A stretch of 32,000 bases of DNA from Methylorubrum extorquens (GCA_900234795.1 LT962688.1:3000001-3032000); one strand, 5' to 3'. Positions 1 through 10,145 are shown, counted from the first letter of the stretch. The notes: generated from the sequence alone by a model not told the origin. Numbers and translations are program-made.

Positions 1-142
1 CCGGCGTCCGCTTTTTGTGCGGGCGGACTGCGAAACATTTGTGCAACGCGATAACGGAACGCGTGGTAATCATAAGAATTAACGCTTGGTCCCGCTCAGT
101 CTCTATTTTCGGGGATTGAAAATCGAAGTCACGAGCTGCCGC

Positions 143-982
143 ATGCTGATCAAGGCCGGTTACGACATCACCTTCGAGACTGATGCTGCAACGCCGATGT
201 CGCTGCTCCTCAGCCTTCACCCCTCCCGCGAGGGCGATCTGCGCAGCCCGCAAGACATCGTCTTCGATCCGGTGATTCCGCAGCGGCAGACGCTCGATTC
301 CTTCGGCAACGTCTGCACCCGCATCGTCGCGCCGCCGGGCCGCCTCTCGATCTCGGCAGACTTCCTGGTCGCCGATTCGGGCTTGCCCGACGCAGTCGCG
401 CCGGAGGCCGCCCAGATTCCGGTGGAGGCCCTACCCGACGACGTGATGCTCTACCTGATGGCGAGCCGCTACTGCGACACCGATAAGTTGGCCGGGATTG
501 CGTGGTCGCTCTTCGGCCAGACGCCGCAGGGTTGGGCGCGGGTTCAGGCCATCGTCGATTACGTGCACGAGCGCATCCGCTTCAATTATATGCAGGCGGA
601 TGCCACCCGCTCGGCCTTCGACGGCTACCAGCAGCAGGTCGGCGTCTGCCGCGATTTCGCGCATCTCGCCGTCGCGTTCTGCCGCTGCATGAACATTCCG
701 GCGCGCTACTGCACCGGCTATCTCGGCGACATCGGCGTGCCGCCCGTGGCCGATCCGATGGACTTTTCGGCGTGGTTCGAGGTCTATCTCGGCGGGCGCT
801 GGTACACCTTCGACGCCCGCCACAACACGCCGCGGATCGGCCGCATCGTCATGGCGCGCGGTCGCGACGCGACGGATTGCGCGATCTCCACGAGCTTCGG
901 CGCGGCGCGGCTGGTCAGCTTCGCGGTTCACACCGATGCGGTGGCGGATGGAACGAAGGCCGATCTGGTCCGAGCCGCGTAG
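143..982 (+). CDS. transglutaminase-like family protein
   Basis: Lies in ORF 86..982. Family-like sequence starts at ATG 143 (MLIKAGYDITFE...); TTG 86 is an alternative start. Core motifs are GVCRDFAHL (Cys codon 647-649) and WYTFDARHN. Third positions are strongly G/C. Confidence 0.8.
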   Translation: MLIKAGYDITFETDAATPMSLLLSLHPSREGDLRSPQDIVFDPVIPQRQTLDSFGNVCTRIVAPPGRLSISADFLVADSGLPDAVAPEAAQIPVEALPDDVMLYLMASRYCDTDKLAGIAWSLFGQTPQGWARVQAIVDYVHERIRFNYMQADATRSAFDGYQQQVGVCRDFAHLAVAFCRCMNIPARYCTGYLGDIGVPPVADPMDFSAWFEVYLGGRWYTFDARHNTPRIGRIVMARGRDATDCAISTSFGAARLVSFAVHTDAVADGTKADLVRAA

Positions 983-984
983 CC

Positions 985-2080
985 TTACGCCATCACCTGA
1001 TCGGCCACCGCCTCAGCCAGCGAGAGCGCGGAGGTGAGGCCCGGACTTTCGATCCCGAAGAGCTGCACCAAGCCCGGCCATCCGTGCTCGCCCGGGCCGT
1101 CGATGCGAAAATCCGCTGCCGGCTCGCCGGGGCCGCTGAGCTTCGGCCGGATGCCCGCATAGTCCGGCATCAGGCGCCCGTTCGGCAGGCTGGGCCAGTA
1201 GCGCCGGATTGCCGCCTCGAAGCGCTCGGCGCGTCCCGGATCGACCACGTAATCGGGGGCGTCGACCCACTCGACATCGGGCCCGAACCGCATGCGTCCG
1301 GCGAGGTCCAGGGTCAGGTGGATGCCGAGGCCTCCCTCGACCGGAGCGGGGTAGATCAGCCGCGTGAAGGCCGGCCGCCCGTTGCATCCGAAATAGCTGC
1401 CCTTGGCCAGAACCTGACGGGGGATGCCGTCCGCCGCCATTCCCTCGATCCGGCGGGCGAGGGCCTGCGCGCCGAGGCCCGCGGCGTTGATGAGACAATC
1501 GACCTGCAGCACGTCCGGCGCCGCGCCGCCGAAGCGGACCTCCCAACGACCATCCCGGCGCTCGGCCGCTTCGATCGGGGTATTCAACGCCAGCACGCCG
1601 CCCGCATCTTCGACATCGCCGAGGAGCGCCAGCATCAGGGCGTGGCTGTCGACGATGCCGGTGGCGGGGGAATGGAGCGCGGCGACGCAGGACAAGGCCG
1701 GTTCCAGAGCCACAGCCTCGGCGCGCTCACACCAAGTCAGGCCCTCGACCCCGTTCTCGCCCCCGCGGGACAGGATCGTTTCGAGCGCCGAGCGCTCCGC
1801 CTCGTGCGTCGCCACGATCAGCTTGCCGCACAGCCGGTACGGCACGCCGTGGCTCTCGCAGAATTCGACGAGACGGCGGCGCCCCTCGACGCAATGGCGG
1901 GCGCGCAGCGAGCCGGGGGGATAATACATCCCGCCGTGGATCACCTCCGAACTGCGGGCGGACACGCCGGTGCCGATCGCCTCGGCTGCCTCCGCTACGA
2001 TCACCGCGGTCCCGCGCAACGCGAGGGCCCGCGCGATCGCAAGTCCCACCACCCCCCGCCCCGACGACGAGTGCCTCCAT
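985..2080 (-). CDS. FAD-dependent oxidoreductase (DAO / L-2-hydroxyglutarate oxidase-like), frame interrupted near the 5' end as given
   Basis: ORF 985..2052 (355 aa) carries ...SARSSEVIHGGMYYPPGS..., typical of DAO-family flavoenzymes, but starts inside the Rossmann motif (VGLAIARAL). Another frame has ATG 2080 preceded by GGAGG and reads MEALVVGAG. Removing one C from the C6 run at 2052-2057 gives MEALVVGAGVVGLAIARAL (GxGxxG). Confidence 0.8.
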
Positions 2081-2144
2081 GCCTCCGGCCTGCCTCACGA
2101 ACGTTCGGGCCGCCGCGCCATGACGAGGGATCGGCGGCCTCCGG

Positions 2145-2165
2145 AAAAACAGGCCTTACGGCCAA
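2145..2165 (-). terminator. weak hairpin plus T5, possible terminator after the proline-rich gene
   Basis: The minus strand reads GGCC-GTAA-GGCC followed by TGTTTTT, about 25 nt after the stop at 2188. The stem is short. Confidence 0.3.
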
Positions 2166-2187
2166 GAGGCGGATGAGCGTCCTCGCC

Positions 2188-2760
2188 TCAGTTCTTGCTG
2201 TCGAGCGGGCGTCCGAGGAGGCGGGCGAACTCGGCCTCGATCTCCTCCACCGAGAACGGGTTCTGCGCCTGAGCGGCGGGCTCCGGCGACTCGGCCTTCG
2301 ACGGCTCCGGCTTGGATGGCTCGGGTTTGGCGGGCTCCGGCCTCGGCGGGTCAACCTTGAAAGGTTCGGACTTCACCGCATCCGGCTTGGGCGGCGCCAC
2401 GAATGGCGGGGGAGCGACGGGCTTGGCGGGGGCCGCAGGCTTCGGCTCGGGCCGGGGCGCTGCCACCACCGGGGTGGGAGCCGGCTGCGGCCGAACTGGC
2501 GGCGGCGGGGCGGGCGTGGGCGGGGCCGGCTCAGCTGCCATCGCCGCGGCGACCGGATCGATCGGCGCGGGCGCCGGCTCGGCCGGTTTCCGTGCCGGAG
2601 GGGGCACCTCGGCAGGGTCCGCAGGCGGGGGCGTGACCGCGGACGAGGGCCGCTTCAGCGCCACCTGAAGCTGCCGGGCCATATCCGAGAGAACGGCCGG
2701 ATCGACCGAGCGCGGCCCACGGCTGGCCATGACCGGCGGCTCCGGCACAGGTTCCGGCAC
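2188..2760 (-). CDS. Pro/Ala/Glu-rich protein segment, probably the C-terminal part of the FliO-like gene
   Basis: GTG-initiated ORF of 190 aa. Its frame stays open upstream past 2880 and reads sensibly from the G8 run at 2817-2824 (...EVASERPGRPESASVEPVPEP...). Contains PEPxK repeats and ends ...NPFSVEEIEAEFARLLGRPLDSKN. Confidence 0.5.
   Translation of the reverse strand: MPEPVPEPPVMASRGPRSVDPAVLSDMARQLQVALKRPSSAVTPPPADPAEVPPPARKPAEPAPAPIDPVAAAMAAEPAPPTPAPPPPVRPQPAPTPVVAAPRPEPKPAAPAKPVAPPPFVAPPKPDAVKSEPFKVDPPRPEPAKPEPSKPEPSKAESPEPAAQAQNPFSVEEIEAEFARLLGRPLDSKN
2303..2347 (-). repeat. three imperfect 15-nt tandem units encoding PEPxK-type repeats
   Basis: Plus-strand units are GGCTCCGGCTTGGAT / GGCTCGGGTTTGGCG / GGCTCCGGCCTCGGC. 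They lie inside the proline-rich ORF and encode ...PRPEPAKPEPSKPEPSK.... Confidence 0.5.
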
Positions 2761-3506
2761 CGGCTCGACCGAGGCGGATTCCGGCCGCCCGGGGCGCTCG
2801 GACGCGACCTCCGGGCGGGGGGGGAGACCACCGGCGGCGCCGTGCGCCGCATCAGGCGGCTGACCGGCGAGACCGGCCGCGCCGGAGCGTCGGCCGGCAA
2901 GGCCTCGGGCTCGAACAGGCCGGGATCGAGCGGCGGCGCCCGGTCGAGGGCGGCCTGGGCGCCGGACACCGCCGAGGGCACCACCTCGGGCATGGCGAAG
3001 GTCGGGGGCATCGGAGAGTCGAGGAAGGGATCGGTCCGCGGCTCCAGCGCCGGGTCGCTGAGGCCGGCCTCGCCGCCGGGCCGGGCGCTCCCGTCCGGTG
3101 CGTAGCGGCTGCCGGCGCCGCGCTGGATGTGGCGCTCGATCACCACGTCATTGGGACCACCGACCAGCAGCAGGTGCTCCACGTTGTCCCGCCTCAGCAA
3201 GATGAGTTGGCGCTGCCGGTCGAGTTCGTAGATGTCGACGATGCCGAGCCGCGGCTGGCGTCCGCGCTGGCTCGCATTCGCGGAGAGCGTGAGCCCGCGC
3301 CCGGACAGCCGCATGAACAGCAGCGCGGCAATCAGGAACAGCACCAGGATGGCGAGGAAGATCACCAGGAACTGCAAGGCGTAGGAGCCCTCGGAACTGA
3401 AGAACGCTTGCAAGACCCGCGTCTTTCTAAGTCGGGGCTCCGACGCCGCCGCGCGACGTCCGGCGGCGACCGAAGCCGGCGGAGACGCAATCTCGGCCCC
3501 ACGCAT
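2655..3506 (-). CDS. FliO-family flagellar export-apparatus protein (N-terminal part; frame probably continues into 2188..2760)
   Basis: Single TM segment FLVIFLAILVLFLIAALLF followed by RLGIVDIYELDRQRQLILLRRDNVEHLLLVGGPNDVVIE, a FliO-like pattern. Divergent from the flgB operon. The last ~55 codons are Arg/Ser-rich and look out of frame. Start is uncertain (ATG 3506 or TTG 3413). Confidence 0.6.
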   Translation of the reverse strand: MRGAEIASPPASVAAGRRAAASEPRLRKTRVLQAFFSSEGSYALQFLVIFLAILVLFLIAALLFMRLSGRGLTLSANASQRGRQPRLGIVDIYELDRQRQLILLRRDNVEHLLLVGGPNDVVIERHIQRGAGSRYAPDGSARPGGEAGLSDPALEPRTDPFLDSPMPPTFAMPEVVPSAVSGAQAALDRAPPLDPGLFEPEALPADAPARPVSPVSRLMRRTAPPVVSPPARRSRPSAPGGRNPPRSSRCRNLCRSRRSWPAVGRARSIRPFSRIWPGSFRWR

Positions 3507-3552
3507 TACACGGCCCGATTATCGCTGCCGCTTCACGCCCCGGCAACGTATG

Positions 3553-3567
3553 TTGACACTCCGTTAA
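3553..3567. promoter_or_regulatory. near-consensus CtrA box (TTGA-N7-TTAA)
   Basis: TTGACACTCCGTTAA has one mismatch to TTAA-N7-TTAA. It lies on the FliO-like side of the divergent flagellar intergenic region. Confidence 0.35.
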
Positions 3568-3631
3568 CAACTCGGTGCAGCCCGCAGCGGCCATTCCAGC
3601 ATCCGCAGCGATGTGCGGCACCACGGAGGCC

Positions 3632-3650
3632 CGGCAGGTTTTGCCGGGTT
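3632..3650. repeat. 19-nt dyad element, copy 1 (CGGCAGGTTTTGCCGGGTT)
   Basis: Contains GGCA-N5-TGCC dyad symmetry. It matches the copy at 3673-3691 at 17 of 19 positions and abuts the CtrA box. Confidence 0.6.
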
Positions 3651-3663
3651 AACGGCTCCTTAA
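3649..3663. promoter_or_regulatory. CtrA box, TTAA-N7-TTAA(C)
   Basis: TTAACGGCTCCTTAAC is a perfect match to the alphaproteobacterial CtrA consensus, 82 nt upstream of the flgB ATG. TTAA tetramers are scarce in this GC-rich window. Confidence 0.55.
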
Positions 3664-3672
3664 CCATGTCAG

Positions 3673-3691
3673 CGGCAGATTCTGCCGGGTT
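3673..3691. repeat. 19-nt dyad element, copy 2 (CGGCAGATTCTGCCGGGTT)
   Basis: Second copy of the dyad, 41 nt downstream of copy 1, between the CtrA box and flgB. Confidence 0.6.
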
Positions 3692-3744
3692 CGGACCTGT
3701 GGCTTTCCGAAATCCATCACCGGCCGCGCCGACCCCGAGGCACC

Positions 3745-4161
3745 ATGTCGCTCACCGACCTGCCCCTGCTCGGCATGCTGCGCACCCGGATGCACTGGCA
3801 TCAGGCCCGCCAGGCCCTGCTCGCCGAGAACGTCGCCAATGCCGACATGCCGGGCTTTCGCCCGCGCGATCTCGCCGAGCCGGCCGCGGCCTCGATGAAA
3901 CTGGCGACGCCGGCCGCAGCCTCGGTCGGCGGCGACGGGATCGCCCGCACCGATTCCACGCATATCGGGATGACGGCGAGCGCCGGACCGAACGCCGACC
4001 CGCGCCGCTTCAAGGGCTTCGAGGTCCGCCCCTCCGGCAACGGGGTGAACCTGGAGGAAGAGATGATGAAGGCCGGCGACAACCAAGCCGATTACCAGCT
4101 CGTCGCCTCGCTCTACCAGAAGAGCCTCGACGCCCTGAAAATCGCCGTCGGCAAGCGCTGA
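3745..4161 (+). CDS. flgB: flagellar basal-body rod protein FlgB
   Basis: 138 aa. N-terminal rod-protein motif ...ALLAENVANADMPGFRPRDL.... First gene of the rod/export operon. Confidence 0.93.
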   Translation: MSLTDLPLLGMLRTRMHWHQARQALLAENVANADMPGFRPRDLAEPAAASMKLATPAAASVGGDGIARTDSTHIGMTASAGPNADPRRFKGFEVRPSGNGVNLEEEMMKAGDNQADYQLVASLYQKSLDALKIAVGKR

Positions 4162-4195
4162 CATCGCTCGCTGACATCGCTGAACGGGGACCGTC

Positions 4196-4606
4196 ATGGA
4201 TTTCTTGAAGAGCCTCGGCATCGCCGCCTCCGGCCTGAAGGCGCAGTCCGGCCGGATGCGCATCATCGCCGAGAACATCGCCAACGCCGATTCCACCGCC
4301 CAGACCGCGGGCGGCGATCCCTACCGGCGCAAGATCCCGACCTTCACCAGCCGCTTCGACAACGAACTGAACGCCAGCGTCGTCGAGGCCGGCCGGGTGC
4401 GGCGCGATCCCACCCCGTTCCGCACCAAGCACGATCCCGGCAACCCGGCTGCGGATGCGCGCGGCGAGGTGCGCCTGCCCAACGTCAACGGGCTGATCGA
4501 GAACATGGACATGCGCGAGGCCCAGCGCTCCTACGAGGCCAACCTCAACATGGTGACCGCCACCCGGCGGATGATCTCCCGCACCCTCGAGATCCTGAAG
4601 GCGTAG
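4196..4606 (+). CDS. flgC: flagellar basal-body rod protein FlgC
   Basis: 136 aa. Contains ...RMRIIAENIANADSTAQTAGGDPYRRK... and the C-terminal ...EANLNMVTATRRMISRTLEILKA. Confidence 0.93.
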   Translation: MDFLKSLGIAASGLKAQSGRMRIIAENIANADSTAQTAGGDPYRRKIPTFTSRFDNELNASVVEAGRVRRDPTPFRTKHDPGNPAADARGEVRLPNVNGLIENMDMREAQRSYEANLNMVTATRRMISRTLEILKA

Positions 4607-4611
4607 CCCCG

Positions 4612-4935
4612 ATGACGACCTCCGCCTTCGCCGCCGGCGCCTACGGCGCGGCCCAGAGCCTCGCCCGCCCCGGCGCCGTCAAACCCGTTCAGGGCATGGC
4701 CCAGGGCCTGACCGCACCGGGCGGCTTCACCGGCTTCCTGCAGCAGAGCCTCGACAACGTCGCCCAGTCCGGCGCGCAGGCCGACCGCGCTGCCCTCTCG
4801 GCGGCCACCGGCAAGGCCAACGTAGTGGACGTGGTGACGGCGGTGGCCGAGAGCGAAACCGCCCTCCAGACCCTGGTCGCCGTGCGCGACCGCGTGATCT
4901 CTGCCTACGAAGAGATCATGCGGATGCCGATCTAG
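4612..4935 (+). CDS. fliE: flagellar hook-basal body complex protein FliE
   Basis: 107 aa, starting 5 nt after the flgC stop. C-terminus ...ALQTLVAVRDRVISAYEEIMRMPI is typical of FliE. Confidence 0.85.
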   Translation: MTTSAFAAGAYGAAQSLARPGAVKPVQGMAQGLTAPGGFTGFLQQSLDNVAQSGAQADRAALSAATGKANVVDVVTAVAESETALQTLVAVRDRVISAYEEIMRMPI

Positions 4936-5016
4936 TTTTTCTGGCCCCTCGACCCGCAGGCGGGATGAGGGGAGGCCGTCGATGCCCCGCAGAGCAGACG
5001 AAAAGTCCAAAGCCCC

Positions 5017-5283
5017 ATGACCGGCCTCGCCATCCTCGACATCGCCCGCGACGGCATCTTCGTCTTCCTGAAGGTGGCGGGGCCGATGATGATCGTCGCC
5101 CTCGTCGTCGGCCTGATCGTGTCGCTGTTCCAGGCGCTGACGCAGATCCAGGAGCAGACGCTCATCTATGTGCCGAAGATCGTCGCGGTGTTCGGGGTGA
5201 TGCTGCTGATGCTGCCCTTCATCGGCGACGCCATGGCCGCCTACATGGCCCGCATTGCCGCCCGGATCGCCGCGGGCGGATGA
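5017..5283 (+). CDS. fliQ: flagellar export apparatus protein FliQ
   Basis: 88 aa with two TM segments. Contains ...LVVGLIVSLFQALTQIQEQTLIYVPKI..., the FliQ/SctS signature. Confidence 0.92.
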   Translation: MTGLAILDIARDGIFVFLKVAGPMMIVALVVGLIVSLFQALTQIQEQTLIYVPKIVAVFGVMLLMLPFIGDAMAAYMARIAARIAAGG

Positions 5284-5328
5284 TGCGGCGGCAGCGCCGG
5301 CCGGCCCAAGCGTGTAGGATGAGCCGGC

Positions 5329-6105
5329 ATGACCACGCCGCTCGACCTGCTGCTGCCCGGCCTCGCGGCGGCCTTCCTCATCACCTTCGCCCGGGTCGGC
5401 ACACTGATGATGCTGATGCCGGGATTGGGCGAGCAGCTCATCGCGAGCCGCCTGCGGCTCGCCCTCGCTCTACTCGTGACGCTGGTCCTGTTCCCGACCG
5501 TGCGGCCGATGCTGCCGACCGGCAATGCGGCCTTGGCGGCCCCCTTCCTGATCGGGCTGCTGATCGGCGAGATCCTGATCGGGCTGATGCTGGGCCTCTG
5601 CGTGCGCATGATCGTCGCCGCGCTCCAGACGGCGGGCGTGGTGATCTCGCAGCAGCTCGGCCTGTCCTACGCCATGACCGTCGATCCGACGATGGGCGGA
5701 CAGCAGGCGGCGATCGGCAACTTCCTGGCGATGCTCGGCGTCACACTCATCCTGGCGACCGATCTGCACCACGTCGCCCTCGAAGCGATCGGGCGCAGCT
5801 ACGTCCTGCTGCCGCCGAGCGGCGTGCCGGCGATGGCGGATGCGGCCAAGCTCGCGCTCGATGCCTTCAGCCGCAGCTTCGCCCTGGCGGTGCGGATCTC
5901 CGGGCCGTTCATCGTGTTCGGCATCCTGTTCAATCTCGGCCTCGGCGTGCTCTCTCGGCTGATGCCGCAATTGCAGGTGTTCTTCCTCGCGGTTCCCGCC
6001 TCGGTGATCATCGGCATGATGCTGCTGGTCGGAGCGCTCGGCCTCATCATGGGACTGTTCCTCGACGATCTCGGCCGCTATCTCGGCGCGTTCCTCGGGC
6101 GCTGA
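5329..6105 (+). CDS. fliR: flagellar export apparatus protein FliR
   Basis: 258-aa polytopic membrane protein (...FARVGTLMMLMPGLGE...) positioned between fliQ and flhB. Confidence 0.9.
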   Translation: MTTPLDLLLPGLAAAFLITFARVGTLMMLMPGLGEQLIASRLRLALALLVTLVLFPTVRPMLPTGNAALAAPFLIGLLIGEILIGLMLGLCVRMIVAALQTAGVVISQQLGLSYAMTVDPTMGGQQAAIGNFLAMLGVTLILATDLHHVALEAIGRSYVLLPPSGVPAMADAAKLALDAFSRSFALAVRISGPFIVFGILFNLGLGVLSRLMPQLQVFFLAVPASVIIGMMLLVGALGLIMGLFLDDLGRYLGAFLGR

Positions 6106-6131
6106 TGTTTCGGGCACCCGCCTCTTGTGTC

Positions 6132-6179
6132 CGCATCGTCTTTCTCCGAAAGCCGGGGGCGGCCTTTCGGGGCGATGCG
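6132..6179. repeat. nested-stem palindromic intergenic repeat, copy A
   Basis: CGCATCGTCTTTCTCCGAAAGCCGGGGGCGGCCTTTCGGGGCGATGCG. Outer stem is CGCATCG/CGATGCG and inner stem is CCGAAAG/CTTTCGG. Related copies lie at 20629-20676 and 25695-25736. Confidence 0.7.
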
Positions 6180-6207
6180 CTGATCCGGAACCGGGGAGCC
6201 TGAGCCG

Positions 6208-7272
6208 GTGTCCGACGAGACCGACGACGAGGACAAGACCGAAGACCCGACGCCACGGCGCATCGAGCAGGCGATCGAGCGCGGCGACGTCCCCAACTCG
6301 CCTGAGATCAACACCTTCTTCATCCTGGCGGCCTTCACCCTCGCCCTGATGCTCTCAGCCCGCCCGGTGGCGGAGGGGCTGACCCGCGACATGCGCGGCT
6401 TCCTCGAACATGCCGGCGGCCTGCCCTCGGATTCGGGCACCTATCTCGGCGTGGCGCTGCGCGCGGCTTGGGTCTGCACCAAGGCGCTCGCCGTGCCGCT
6501 GGGCATCGCGATGCTCGCGGCCATCGCCGCCGGCCTGATCCAGCACCGGCCGATCTTCACCGCCGAAAGCCTGATGCCGAAATTCGCGCGCATCTCGCCG
6601 ATGGCGGGCGCCAAGCGCCTGCTCGGCATGGATGCCTGGGTGAATTTCGGCAAAGGGCTCGCCAAGATCATCGTGGTGGGCACCATCGCCGGGACGATCC
6701 TGTGGAGCGAGCACGACCGGGCGGAATCCTTCGCCCAGCTCGATCCGGGTGTGGCGCTCCAGGGCACCCTGACGCTCGCCCTGAAGATGATGGGCGGCAT
6801 GCTCGCGGTCTACGCGGTGATCGCGCTCGGCGACGCGCTCTACCAGCGGAACCGCTGGCACAAGCGCCTGCGCATGACCAAGGAGGAGATGAAGCAGGAG
6901 CACAAGGAGAGCGAGGGCAGCCCCGAGGTGAAGGCCCGGATCCGGCAGTTGCGCCAAGCCCGCGTGAAGAAGCGGATGATGGCCGCCGTGCCCACCGCCA
7001 CCGTGGTGGTGACGAACCCGACCCACTTCGCCGTGGCCCTGCGCTACGAGGCCGGGATGGCCGCACCGATCTGCGTCGCCAAGGGCGTCGACTCGCTGGC
7101 GCTGCGCATCCGCGCCGTCGCCGCCGACCACGACGTGCCGGTGATAGAGAACCCGCCGCTCGCCCGCGCCCTCCACGCCACGGTCGAGGTCGATGAGGAG
7201 ATTCCCGCCGAGCACTATCGCGCAGTTGCGGAGGTCATCGGTTTCGTGCTTCGCCTTCGCCGAGCCGCCTGA
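6208..7272 (+). CDS. flhB: flagellar export switch protein FlhB
   Basis: GTG start with GGGGAG upstream. Contains ...PTPRRIEQAIERGDVPNSPE... and the NPTH autocleavage motif (VVTNPTHFAVALRYE). Confidence 0.93.
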   Translation: MSDETDDEDKTEDPTPRRIEQAIERGDVPNSPEINTFFILAAFTLALMLSARPVAEGLTRDMRGFLEHAGGLPSDSGTYLGVALRAAWVCTKALAVPLGIAMLAAIAAGLIQHRPIFTAESLMPKFARISPMAGAKRLLGMDAWVNFGKGLAKIIVVGTIAGTILWSEHDRAESFAQLDPGVALQGTLTLALKMMGGMLAVYAVIALGDALYQRNRWHKRLRMTKEEMKQEHKESEGSPEVKARIRQLRQARVKKRMMAAVPTATVVVTNPTHFAVALRYEAGMAAPICVAKGVDSLALRIRAVAADHDVPVIENPPLARALHATVEVDEEIPAEHYRAVAEVIGFVLRLRRAA

Positions 7273-7431
7273 GGCTTGATGCGGTTCCGCATGGGACGGC
7301 GAAGTCGTTCAGGCGCCACGGTTTATGCACCATTGTCCGGCAATGCTCCGGCAAAAAGGCGCGGCATTTGACGACCCACAGGGCTCGCAGCAGCCATGTG
7401 CCGTCCGTGTGCGAGGGATGGGTAGGGCCTG

Positions 7432-10145
<2,714 letters not shown>

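Noticed and set aside
1-16. CCGGCGTCCGCTTTTT at the window edge as the 3' half of a terminator
   Set aside because: This is plausible, but the partner arm would lie outside the window, so it cannot be supported from this sequence alone.
502-3105. 867-aa ORF on the plus strand spanning three genes
   Set aside because: The product is Arg/Gly/Ala/Pro-rich with no recognisable motif. It runs out of frame or antisense over the transglutaminase-like, oxidoreductase and FliO-like genes. This is the typical stop-codon-poor artefact of very GC-rich DNA.
3632-3691. Sigma-54 (-24/-12) promoter reading of the GGCA..TGC dyads
   Set aside because: The GG to GC spacing is 2 nt shorter than the invariant sigma-54 spacing. 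The TGGCAC and TTGC cores are also incomplete.
4965-6203. 412-aa plus-strand ORF over fliQ/fliR
   Set aside because: It is out of frame with two clearly recognisable membrane proteins. Its C-terminal FRGDALIRNRG stretch is just the translation of repeat copy A.
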